A stretch of DNA of 32,000 bases from Microcystis aeruginosa NIES-843 (GCF_000010625.1 NC_010296.1:5790001-5822000); one strand, 5' to 3'; positions 1 through 8,428 are shown, numbered from the stretch's first letter. A program made the numbers and translations. Notes: generated from the letters alone by a model not told the origin.

Positions 1-591
1 CCTTTTATGCCCCATATTACCGAAGAAATTTGGCATCATTTAACCCAAGAAAATCAGCAGGTTTTAGCTTTAGAAACCTATCCAATAGCTGATAGTTCTC
101 TGATCGATCTAGACTTAGAAAATACTTTTGAGTTATTAATTGAAAGTATTCGGGTGTTGCGTAATTTGCGGGCCGAAGCAGGGATTAAACCGGGGGCAAC
201 GATCACGGCAATTTTACAGACAGAAAACAGCCAAGAATTAGCTATTTTGCAACGCGGACAAGTGTACTTAAAAGACTTGGCCAAGATCGAAAACTTCATT
301 TTGACGGCAAAATTAACCGAGGAAGTCAATCAAGCGATCGCCGGTGTTGTCGCTACGGTAGAAATCCTCATTCCCCTGTCCGGATTGGTTGATATATCGG
401 TATTGGCCGGGAAATTAGCGAAAAATTTAGCTAAGGTAGAAGGGGAAATCAAGAGTTTGAGCGATCGCCTGAATAAACCTAGCTTTGTCGAAAAAGCTCC
501 AGAAGCTTTAATCCAAAAAACGAAGCAAGCTTTAGCAGAGGCCGAAAAACAAGCCCAAATTCTCCAAGAACGCCTAAAACGCCTGCATTAA
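1..591 (+). CDS. valS: valyl-tRNA synthetase, C-terminal fragment (5' end lies outside the window)
   Basis: Frame-1 ORF is open from base 1. It has a PFMPHITEEIWH motif followed by a long Lys/Glu/Ala-rich C-terminal coiled coil typical of ValRS. Stop TAA at 589-591. Two HIP1 sites lie inside (334, 461). Confidence 0.88.
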   Translation, partial: PFMPHITEEIWHHLTQENQQVLALETYPIADSSLIDLDLENTFELLIESIRVLRNLRAEAGIKPGATITAILQTENSQELAILQRGQVYLKDLAKIENFILTAKLTEEVNQAIAGVVATVEILIPLSGLVDISVLAGKLAKNLAKVEGEIKSLSDRLNKPSFVEKAPEALIQKTKQALAEAEKQAQILQERLKRLH

Positions 592-620
592 CGGAGGCAG
601 TGGTTATTTTGGGGATTTTC

Positions 621-651
621 GGAAAAATAGGGCAGTTTTCAGGCTACCCTA
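621..651 (-). terminator. candidate intrinsic terminator of icd
   Basis: Minus-strand RNA reads UAGGGUAG-CCUGAAAA-CUGCCCUA followed by UUUUUCC, about 10 nt after the icd stop. The single non-Watson-Crick pair is a G-U wobble only on the minus strand. Confidence 0.45.
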
Positions 652-660
652 ACCGGAAAA

Positions 661-2097
661 TTAATCCCCAAAATGGGAGATGATTGCATCGGCAAATTCG
701 GAACATTTCAGAGGAGGATTAACGGGAGGTTCCATCAGACGCGCTAAATCGTAGGTAACTTGTCGATTAGCGATCGCCGCTGCGATGCCTTTTTTAATCA
801 AATCGGCCGCTTCTTGCCATCCCATGTATTCCAACATCATCACCCCAGAAAGAATCACCGAACCGGGGTTAATTCGGTCTAAACCGGCGTGTTTAGGGGC
901 TGTGCCGTGGGTTGCCTCAAAAATAGCGCAAGTATCGCCAATATTCGCCCCGGGTCCCATCCCTAAACCACCCACGATCGCCGCTGCCGCATCGGAGAGA
1001 TAATCACCATTCAGGTTCATGGTAGCGAGGATCGAGTATTCATCGGGACGGGTTTGGATCTGTTGGAAGATACTATCGGCAATGCGATCGTTAACCATAA
1101 TTTTATCTTTCCACTGGCCATGGCCGTGGGTTTCCCAGATAGCATCGAGAACACTGGTCACTTCTTGGCAGATTTTGGCTTTTTTCTCGTCCGTGAGGGC
1201 ATCATAACCCGGTTCCACCATGCGGGCGTTATCTTCGATGCTCAGATCAGGGTTTTTCTCCTTATTGCTCAGGATCCATGATTCCATCTCGGTAACGCAC
1301 ACATCCCGGAATTCACTTTTAGCTAATTCGTAACCCCAATCCCGAAACGCCCCTTCGGTATATTTCATAATGTTACCCTTATGGACGAGAGTAACCTGAT
1401 TTTTCGGTTTCGGTAAAGTCAGCGCTCGTTCGATCGCCCGGCGGACTAATCTTTGGGAACCCGTCTTACTAATCGGTTTGATCCCGATACCCGCATCGAG
1501 GGGAATTTGTTTTTTACCGTGTTCGGGAGTGGCGGGAATTAGTTCGCTGTTGAGATAATTAATCAGTTTATCGGCGATTTCCGTGCCTTGTTTCCATTCG
1601 ATGCCCAGATAAATATCCTCGGTATTTTCCCGATAGACGATGACATCGAGTTTTTCCGGGGTTTTATGGGGGGAAGGGGTTCCCGCATAGTAACGACAGG
1701 GACGAACACAGGCATAAAGGTCAAAAATCTGCCGCAGAGCCACATTCAGGGAACGAATGCCGCCACCGATGGGAGTGGTCAAGGGACCTTTGATGGCAAT
1801 ACCATATTCTTTAATCGCTGTCAAGGTATCTTGGGGTAGATATTGATAAGTCCCGTAGATTTCGCAAGCTTCATCGCCAGCATAGACTTTAAACCAATGG
1901 ATTTTCCTTTGACCAGCGTAGGCTGTGGCGATCGCTGCATCGATAACTTTTGCGGTTGCGGGCCAGATATCGACTCCCGTACCGTCACCACGAATGAAGG
2001 GAATGATGGGATCGTCGGGAACTAGAGGTTTTCCGTCAGAAAAAGTAATTGTCGAGCCTGTTGTCGGTGGGGTGATTTTTTCGTAGCTCACAGTCAT
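661..2097 (-). CDS. icd: NADP-dependent isocitrate dehydrogenase
   Basis: Full-length IDH-like protein with motifs [27 protein letters not shown] and [10 protein letters not shown] moved the start to the ATG at 2097 ([11 protein letters not shown]...), because the 17 extra residues in the ORF track are not typical of cyanobacterial IDH N-termini. Confidence 0.95.
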   Translation of the reverse strand: MTVSYEKITPPTTGSTITFSDGKPLVPDDPIIPFIRGDGTGVDIWPATAKVIDAAIATAYAGQRKIHWFKVYAGDEACEIYGTYQYLPQDTLTAIKEYGIAIKGPLTTPIGGGIRSLNVALRQIFDLYACVRPCRYYAGTPSPHKTPEKLDVIVYRENTEDIYLGIEWKQGTEIADKLINYLNSELIPATPEHGKKQIPLDAGIGIKPISKTGSQRLVRRAIERALTLPKPKNQVTLVHKGNIMKYTEGAFRDWGYELAKSEFRDVCVTEMESWILSNKEKNPDLSIEDNARMVEPGYDALTDEKKAKICQEVTSVLDAIWETHGHGQWKDKIMVNDRIADSIFQQIQTRPDEYSILATMNLNGDYLSDAAAAIVGGLGMGPGANIGDTCAIFEATHGTAPKHAGLDRINPGSVILSGVMMLEYMGWQEAADLIKKGIAAAIANRQVTYDLARLMEPPVNPPLKCSEFADAIISHFGD

Positions 2098-2294
2098 GGG
2101 CTTCCAGAAACAGTATTTATCTATACGTTGGGAGTCTAGCGCCGTCAATATCTATACTCAGGGATTTTGGGTAATTTCTTAAAGATTCCCTTGCTGGTAT
2201 CTCCGTCAAAACAACCTAGAGGAAAAGCCTGAAACCGAGACAGACCACTAGGGTTAAGCCTAGAGCCGCCCGCCCGACGGTCAAATGTGTAGAT

Positions 2295-2505
2295 AGGGTT
2301 TGCGGCAAAAAGTTTTTCTTGGGGGCAGGGTGTGGGGTGTGGGGTGTGGGGTGTAGGGTTTTACCGATTTTGAAGGGGTCAATTACCTAATTTTCAGGGA
2401 AAAAGTCCCTGAATTTTCCCCCCGATCACTCCCATATCTGGTACTTTTTGATTGACAAAAACTCTAAAAGTCTTAACCAACAAGGGTTTTACCATTATTC
2501 AGCCA
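2295..2505 (+). repeat. dispersed ~210-bp repeat, copy A (MITE-like; contains a (GGGGTGT)n tract and a CAGGGA-aaaag-TCCCTG hairpin)
   Basis: Aligns by eye over its whole length, with scattered mismatches, to the reverse complement of 23641-23880. Confidence 0.8.
2328..2354 (+). repeat. (GGGGTGT) heptamer tandem repeat, 3 full units plus 1 partial; part of the G-quadruplex-type motif at 2321-2358
   Basis: Direct reading: GGGTGT GGGGTGT GGGGTGT GGGGTGT. Confidence 0.9.
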
Positions 2506-2559
2506 GCCCTATATATTGTTGCTGCAACTATCTTAAATAGAGCGGCGGCTTTAGTTATC

Positions 2560-4068
2560 CTATTTTTCCCTTGCATCATACTTATTTGAAATGACTATAT
2601 TATCTGAACTAGGAAGCATAATCTGTCTTTTACTTAGCTGTTGCCAAATATCTACTAGGAAGACTAGCAAGAACAGATGAACAGCACCTAGAAACTGATG
2701 TCTTTCAAAGATAAAGAAGAACTTGGGTAATAAGGGAACATTCGGCGGTTGTTGAAAACCTAAATACTGTTGTGCTTGTACCACATAAGCATTAGAGACT
2801 TGGGAATAAAGAAAACAAGCGTAGGCAAAAGCAGCAAATAAAGAGGCGAGTAGGGCGCGTCTGGATATTAGGAAATCCTGATAGTAGAGCCAGATAATAC
2901 TGATCAGGATAAAAGGATAACCTATATAGAGATAGCGCTGATGAGTGCCACTGAGAAGAATATTAAAACCTAGGTAACTTAGTCCATGGAAAAGGCAGAG
3001 AAGTACCATTAAATAGGTAGGATTATGTTTAGGGCTAATCGCCTCGGTTTTGGTTCTGAGAATTTGCCAAATCTTGATTAAACCCGTACAGAGAAGAAAA
3101 CCCATGAAACCAGCATAGAGTAAAAGCCCTGCTTGGTAAGGACTGATACCTTTTTTCCAGCTACCTAGTTGCAAATCCATAAAAGGTACTCGGGAGGAAG
3201 CGCGGGGTTCTAAACCGAGAAATATCCAGATATTAAAGCCATTTCCTGAGATTTTATCACCGTGACCACTACCAGATTTTAAGACAAAGAGGAAACTAGA
3301 CTGAATCAGTCTGAGGGGAACTGCAAATAAGCTATCTAGGTAGAGGAAAAATCCGAGGCTTAAAAGTAGAGTTGCTCCCAGCCAGATTAAGCCTTTAGTC
3401 TGGTATCTTTGCTGGAATTTGTAACCTGTGGTCAGGATAACTAGGGCAAAAAAGGGTAGGGAAAAAATAAAGAGTTGTTTAGTGAGAATGAATAGGACTA
3501 AACTAAACATCCCGAGGAGAAACCAGAGGATATTTTTGAGGAGGGTGTTTTTCTCACTCCAAGATTGGAAGAAAGCAATGGTAGCCAGGAGGCAAAATAA
3601 TAAGCCTACGTTGTCAATCTGTCCCCAGAGAGAACCTGCCGCCCACAGAAATAGCACTAGGGTAATACTGAAACCGATGATTACGGGGCGTTTGAATTTT
3701 AAGATTCTTGCTAGGTAGGTAAGAAGGAGAAAATTGAGAGCGTCAACAAACGCTAGGTAAAAACGGAAGTAGTAGATAGCTTCGGTTTTTTCGCTAATTC
3801 CCAATAGGGATTTTATCGCCGCAATTACTCCGCCACTTGCCAGTATGCCTATACTAGGATAGTTGGGGACTTTGGGAGGACAATCCATATATACTGTACC
3901 TGCTGCGAGACAATCCCCCCATCTACTAAAGAGAAAAGTATCGGTAACGTGGTAAATGGGGAGAAAATAGACTAAAACAAAGGGGAGGGCTATTCCTAGG
4001 ATATAGGCAAGGGGGATGAGGAAATTATTTTTTTCCCCTCGGTTGGTTGAGTCTAGAAAGTTTTTCAT
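2560..4068 (-). CDS. polytopic integral membrane protein, GT-C-type glycosyltransferase-like (function uncertain)
   Basis: 502-aa ORF that is almost entirely hydrophobic helices (about 12-14 predicted by eye). The first loop carries acidic/aromatic residues and an NYPS motif reminiscent of the YPP motif of GT-C/DUF2029-like enzymes. Visibly AT-rich with no HIP1 sites. Confidence 0.7.
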   Translation of the reverse strand: MKNFLDSTNRGEKNNFLIPLAYILGIALPFVLVYFLPIYHVTDTFLFSRWGDCLAAGTVYMDCPPKVPNYPSIGILASGGVIAAIKSLLGISEKTEAIYYFRFYLAFVDALNFLLLTYLARILKFKRPVIIGFSITLVLFLWAAGSLWGQIDNVGLLFCLLATIAFFQSWSEKNTLLKNILWFLLGMFSLVLFILTKQLFIFSLPFFALVILTTGYKFQQRYQTKGLIWLGATLLLSLGFFLYLDSLFAVPLRLIQSSFLFVLKSGSGHGDKISGNGFNIWIFLGLEPRASSRVPFMDLQLGSWKKGISPYQAGLLLYAGFMGFLLCTGLIKIWQILRTKTEAISPKHNPTYLMVLLCLFHGLSYLGFNILLSGTHQRYLYIGYPFILISIIWLYYQDFLISRRALLASLFAAFAYACFLYSQVSNAYVVQAQQYLGFQQPPNVPLLPKFFFIFERHQFLGAVHLFLLVFLVDIWQQLSKRQIMLPSSDNIVISNKYDAREK

Positions 4069-4517
4069 TATTCTCGAAGTCGTTGAGCTTTTCTGGTTCG
4101 GTATATTTTCAGAGAATTTTGGCGGTTTCCAGGAGATATTTCTCTAGTTGGGCTTTTTCTTGCAGGGGTATCCCTAGCATGGCTTTTTTCCTTGTATTTC
4201 TCTCTATTTTCTCACAACTTCATCAATGAATAATTATACTCATGCCTAAGGGGGATGCGGCCTGTAGTTTTCCATAATAGTTTAGAGACAGTAAAAAATG
4301 GTGGAAAATACTGGTTACAGCCTGGCACTGACGATGTTTTTCGGCAGTCTGGAGTAAGGTTTGATTGATAGGGGAGCAAGTGTCAACGTTTTGCCCTAGC
4401 ATTTGGAGCTAGAACTAGGCTTTATCTGGGAGAATGAAAATCTTTCGGTTATCTTGGCCGAGAACTTAGCCCATTGTCAAGCTCGTGCGCTCGTTGTTAA
4501 AGGCCAAGTTACCCCAA

Positions 4518-4548
4518 TTACTCAAAATTTTATGAAGCATTTGAGTAA
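4518..4548. promoter_or_regulatory. candidate TetR operator (9-bp perfect inverted repeat)
   Basis: TTACTCAAA-N13-TTTGAGTAA lies 55-85 bp upstream of the TetR start, in the 534-bp divergent spacer shared with the membrane-protein gene. Confidence 0.35.
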
Positions 4549-4602
4549 ACACCTGACTTGATCGATGACAATGGCTCTATCCCGTTCTAGCTGTCAATAA
4601 TT

Positions 4603-5229
4603 ATGCAAAGTCTTTTTCGACGTTCCCTAGCTGAGACCAATTCTGGGGAAGAAGATACCCGTAGTCGTATTCTACAGGCCGCTTTACGTTTATTTGCCGC
4701 TAAGGGTTATGAAGGAACCACGACCAAAGACCTAGCAGGAAGCGCAAATGTGGCAGAAGGAACTTTATTTCGTTATTTTCCCAACAAAAAGGCGATTTTA
4801 ATCGAAGTGGCCACTAGGGGATGGGTGGATATTCTCACCGACTTGCTGACGGAATTGAGCGAAATGGGCAGTTATAAAGCGGTAGCGCAGGTGATGCGAC
4901 GTAGGGTGTTGAGAATGCGAGAAAATAGCGATTTATTGCGAGTTTGTTTTATAGAGGCGCAATTTCACCCCGAATTAAAAGAGCGAATTCAATCGGAGGT
5001 AATTGCTAAAATGACCGATGTGGCCGAGGCTTTTTTTCAAACAGCGATCGATCGTGGTGTCTATCGTCCCATGAATCCGAAAATTGTCGCCCAGGTTTTT
5101 CTAGGAATGTTCGCAATTGCCGGTTTTTCCAGTGAAACTATTTTAGATAGTAATGCTTCCCCCTTAGCTTTACAAGAAATGGCCGAAGGTATTGCCGAAA
5201 TTTTTCTGAATGGAGTGTTAGTTAAGTAG
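4603..5229 (+). CDS. TetR/AcrR family transcriptional regulator
   Basis: The N-terminal HTH signature RILQAALRLFAAKGYEGTTTKDLAGSANVAEGTLFRYFPNKKAIL is followed by a helical ligand-binding-type C-terminus. Confidence 0.9.
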   Translation: MQSLFRRSLAETNSGEEDTRSRILQAALRLFAAKGYEGTTTKDLAGSANVAEGTLFRYFPNKKAILIEVATRGWVDILTDLLTELSEMGSYKAVAQVMRRRVLRMRENSDLLRVCFIEAQFHPELKERIQSEVIAKMTDVAEAFFQTAIDRGVYRPMNPKIVAQVFLGMFAIAGFSSETILDSNASPLALQEMAEGIAEIFLNGVLVK

Positions 5230-5252
5230 TCGTGCAAAATTAATTTCCTAGT
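5222..5252 (+). repeat. 31-bp dispersed repeat TTAAGTAGTCGTGCAAAATTAATTTCCTAGT, copy 1 (overlaps the TetR stop codon)
   Basis: Identical 31-mer at 27909-27939. The core GCAAAATTAATT also occurs inverted at 27992-28003 and direct at 31983-31994. Confidence 0.85.
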
Positions 5253-5340
5253 CGAGACTCCGAGACAGCTAATCTAAAGATAGGCGGTTAAAATCCGTTT
5301 TAGCTTACTTAAGTAGGTAGGCGTTAAAAATTATCAGATG

Positions 5341-5416
5341 CCCCCCTTATTAAGGGGGGATTAAGGGGGGACTAAGGGGGGATCGGCACCCCCCTTATCA
5401 AGGGGGCAGGGGGGAT
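5341..5416. repeat. cluster of C6/G6 hairpins and TAAGGGGGG direct repeats
   Basis: CCCCCCTTA-t-TAAGGGGGG at 5341-5359, two further (A)TTAAGGGGGG/ACTAAGGGGGG units, then CCCCCCTT-atc-AAGGGGG at 5389-5406. Confidence 0.75.
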
Positions 5417-5533
5417 CGAATCTAAAATCCATTTTTAATTTAATTATAACCAGCTACTTATGATAAAATGCCTTCAAAGACAGGTAAGGGAAAACTTTCA
5501 ATTATTCACTCAATAAAATAACTGATAGCCGAG

Positions 5534-7663
5534 ATGAAACCCTGTTACTGCATTAATCCCGATTGTTCTCAACCGGAGCATCCGAGCAATAATAACTCGA
5601 ATACTCGTTACTGTCAAAGTTGCGGCTCTGAGTTGTTGTTAAATGGTAAATATAGGGTAAGTCGGTTATTGAGTGATACGACTGGTTTTGGGGTTGTTTA
5701 TGAAGCTTTTGAAGGTTTTACAGCCAAAATCCTCAAGGTATTACAAGAAAAATGTAATAATGACCCGAAGGCAGTGGAATTATTTAAACGGGAATATGAC
5801 GTTTTATTAGAGTTGAGTCGTCAAAATGTCACCGGTGTTCCTCGAGCAGATGCCTATTTTCAATATTCCACGAGGGAGGGGAAAATATTACACTGTTTAG
5901 TTATGGAAAAAGTGGAGGGGATTAATTTAGAACAGTGGCTCAACCAGTATGATAATTTAAGTCAAAAACGAGCCTTAAAATGGCTGAGAGAAATTACTTT
6001 AATTCTCGATAAAATTCATCAACAGAATTGGCTGCATCGAGATATTAAACCTCCTAATATCATGTTGCGGAATAGTGGCGAGTTGGTGTTAATTGATTTT
6101 GGGACAGCAAGGGAAGAAACCCAAACCTATCATCAAAAGGTAAAAGGTCAACAGGTGACAGGTATTATCTCACGCGGATATACACCCAATGAACAACAAC
6201 ATGGCCAAGCGGTGATTCAATCAGATTTTCATGCTTTAGGACGAACTTTTGTACATTTATTAACCGGAAAACATCCCTTAGAAATGTATGATCCGATTAA
6301 TGATGTTTTACCTTGGCGAGAAGAAACGGAAAATATTCACCCGTTATTGTTGGATTTTATTGATGAGTTGATGGGGAGATTACCAAGGAATAGACCGGCT
6401 AATACTAGGGTGATTTTACAACGTTTGGATGAGATTGAACGGCAATTAAAGTTACCTCCTATAACTCCTAATAGACCATCTCCACCAGCACAACGAAATC
6501 CGCAGCCTGTTGTAACTCAAAAACAATCGCCAGTTATTCCTAAGATTAATTCTTCTCCGCCGGTTTCACCCGTAGCTGTACCCAAAAAAACACCAGCACA
6601 ACCGGTTAAAAATAATAATCTGAGAAATAGAATGATAGCTCTTGGTGGAGTTTTGTTATTAGGGATAGGAATAACTCAAGGTTACGGTTATTTTAAAAGT
6701 CAAGAAGTAAATCCTCAAATTGCACCAATAAACTCACCCACCAATAAACTCACCACAAGAAAAAAAATTTCAGAACATAGTTTTCTCGATAAAACCCTAA
6801 CTGGTCATTCTGACTCAGTTCAATCAGTAGTATATAGTCCCGATGGCCGCTATTTAGCTAGTGGGAGTGGTGACAAAACTATCAAAATTTCGGGGGTAGC
6901 AACGGGAAAACAATTGCGTACTCTTACCGGTCATTCTGATACGGTTTCGTCACTGGTATATAGTCCCGATGGCCGCTATTTAGCTAGTGGGAGTAATGAC
7001 AAAACTATCAAAATTTGGGAGGTAGCAACGGGAAAACAATTGCGTACTCTTACTGGTCATTATGGGGAGGTTTACTCAGTGGTATATAGTCCCGATGGCC
7101 GCTATTTAGCCAGTGGGAGTTGGGACAAAACTATCAAAATTTGGGAGGTAGCAACGGGAAAACAATTGCGTACCCTTACTGGTCATTCTAGCCCAGTTTT
7201 ATCAGTGGTATATAGTCCCGATGGCCGCTATTTAGCTAGTGGGAATGGTGACAAAACTATCAAAATTTGGGAGGTAGCAACGGGAAAACAATTGCGTACT
7301 CTTACTGGTCATTCTGGTAGTGTTTGGTCAGTGGTATATAGTCCCGATGGCAGCTATTTAGCTAGTGGGAATGGTGACAAAACTACCAAAATTTGGGAGG
7401 TAGCAACGGGAAAACAATTGCGTACCCTTACTGGTCATTCTAAGGTGGTTTGGTCAGTAGTATATAGTCCCGATGGCCGCTATTTAGCCAGTGGGAGTTG
7501 GGACAAAACTATCAAAATTTGGGAGGTAGCAACGGGAAAACAATTGCGTACCCTTACTGGTCATTCTAGTCCGGTTTACTCAGTGGTATATAGTCCCGAT
7601 GGCCGCTATTTAGCTAGTGGTAGTGGTGACGAAACTATCAAAATTTGGCGGGTGGGACAGTAA
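5534..7663 (+). CDS. Ser/Thr protein kinase with N-terminal Zn-ribbon, single TM segment and 7 C-terminal WD40 repeats (PkwA-like architecture)
   Basis: N-terminal CxxxxC...CxxC (CINPDC...CQSCG). Hanks kinase motifs AKILKV, HRDIKPPNIM, DFGTAR. A Pro-rich linker, then a hydrophobic segment MIALGGVLLLGIGITQGYGYF (6632-6694), then 7 x LTGHSxxVxSVVYSPDGRYLASGxxDKTIKIWEVATGKQLRT. Confidence 0.93.
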   Translation: MKPCYCINPDCSQPEHPSNNNSNTRYCQSCGSELLLNGKYRVSRLLSDTTGFGVVYEAFEGFTAKILKVLQEKCNNDPKAVELFKREYDVLLELSRQNVTGVPRADAYFQYSTREGKILHCLVMEKVEGINLEQWLNQYDNLSQKRALKWLREITLILDKIHQQNWLHRDIKPPNIMLRNSGELVLIDFGTAREETQTYHQKVKGQQVTGIISRGYTPNEQQHGQAVIQSDFHALGRTFVHLLTGKHPLEMYDPINDVLPWREETENIHPLLLDFIDELMGRLPRNRPANTRVILQRLDEIERQLKLPPITPNRPSPPAQRNPQPVVTQKQSPVIPKINSSPPVSPVAVPKKTPAQPVKNNNLRNRMIALGGVLLLGIGITQGYGYFKSQEVNPQIAPINSPTNKLTTRKKISEHSFLDKTLTGHSDSVQSVVYSPDGRYLASGSGDKTIKISGVATGKQLRTLTGHSDTVSSLVYSPDGRYLASGSNDKTIKIWEVATGKQLRTLTGHYGEVYSVVYSPDGRYLASGSWDKTIKIWEVATGKQLRTLTGHSSPVLSVVYSPDGRYLASGNGDKTIKIWEVATGKQLRTLTGHSGSVWSVVYSPDGSYLASGNGDKTTKIWEVATGKQLRTLTGHSKVVWSVVYSPDGRYLASGSWDKTIKIWEVATGKQLRTLTGHSSPVYSVVYSPDGRYLASGSGDETIKIWRVGQ
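6797..7660 (+). repeat. seven tandem 126-bp coding repeats (WD40 units; the last is truncated to 108 bp)
   Basis: Units start at 6797, 6923, 7049, 7175, 7301, 7427 and 7553. Long blocks are identical at the nucleotide level. Confidence 0.95.
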
Positions 7664-7827
7664 ACTTGTGTTTGGGGTGACAGCAATAACTTTTGTCTAT
7701 CAAAAATGAGCGACACTTGCGGGAAACTGCACCGATGTCTTTAAAAATATTGGGTTTTGGCTCAAATTATTGAATCGAGCAGTTTTCTCCTAAGTATTAA
7801 ATCGCTCAACTCAACCTACAAGCTAGA

Positions 7828-8009
7828 GGGAGCATCTCACTTACGCGATAAGTAATTATACTTAGCCTAAAAGCCACTCTTAATCGTGTCTTGGAACGAA
7901 ATAGAGGCTTTTAAAGACTGCGTACATGGAGAATTAAAACAAGAATTACCCTCGAAAAGCCTATTTTTCCACTAAGTATTTATGCTCATTGCAAAGGTGA
8001 GATGCTCCC
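7828..8009. mobile_element. 182-bp MITE-like insertion with 13-bp perfect terminal inverted repeats and a 9-bp target-site duplication
   Basis: TIRs are GGGAGCATCTCAC (7828-7840) and GTGAGATGCTCCC (7997-8009). They are flanked by direct CAAGCTAGA at 7819-7827 and 8010-8018. No ORF inside. Confidence 0.5.
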
Positions 8010-8029
8010 CAAGCTAGAGGGGATCGTAT

Positions 8030-8428
8030 CTACATCAACAAACTATAATCTACATTAAAGAAATGTCCTAATAATTTCGCCTGTTCTTGGGTAATTGACC
8101 CTTTTCCTTTAATTAAACTAGAGGCAATTTTGTCAGATCCAAGGATTATGGCTATGTCTTTCTTATTAACGCTTTGCTGTTCCATCAAAAACAATAACAT
8201 AGAATGAGGTGTGGTTGATTCCTGTAGATAAAAGCTTTTTTCAAAATTCTCAATTAAAAAAATTAGAAGCTCATAAAGTTGATCTTCTTCGGGAGTTCGC
8301 TGCTGACGGTGCATTAATTCTTCCACAATAGCCAAAGCTTTTTCATTTTCTGCCTCTGTTTTAATAACTTTAGGTAAATGGCGAGCTAGTAATTCTTTGT
8401 ATTTTTCTGGATTAAAAGTAAGGGTCAT
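8030..8428 (-). CDS. higA: HigA-family antitoxin (HTH/Xre-type)
   Basis: 132-aa ORF overlapping the upstream HigB-like toxin by 17 nt. The toxin-first gene order and the C-terminal HTH-like segment (LGSDKIASSLIKGKGSITQEQAKLL) fit HigBA modules. Confidence 0.75.
   Translation of the reverse strand: MTLTFNPEKYKELLARHLPKVIKTEAENEKALAIVEELMHRQQRTPEEDQLYELLIFLIENFEKSFYLQESTTPHSMLLFLMEQQSVNKKDIAIILGSDKIASSLIKGKGSITQEQAKLLGHFFNVDYSLLM

Noticed and set aside
2113-2126. NtcA-type box GTA-N8-TAC (GTATTTATCTATAC) upstream of icd, a gene known to be NtcA-regulated in some cyanobacteria.
   Set aside because: It lies only 16-29 nt from the preferred ATG (2097), so a -41.5 activator geometry would put the TSS inside the CDS. 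GTA-N8-TAC is also expected several times by chance in 32 kb.
2098-2148. 17-codon N-terminal extension of icd in the ORF track ([17 protein letters not shown]).
   Set aside because: The extension does not resemble IDH N-termini. The internal Met gives the usual MxxxYEKIxPP start.
6797-7660. Regular 126-bp periodic repeats that could be mistaken for a CRISPR-like or satellite array.
   Set aside because: The repeats are in frame inside a long ORF and encode canonical WD40 units. There is no repeat/spacer alternation.
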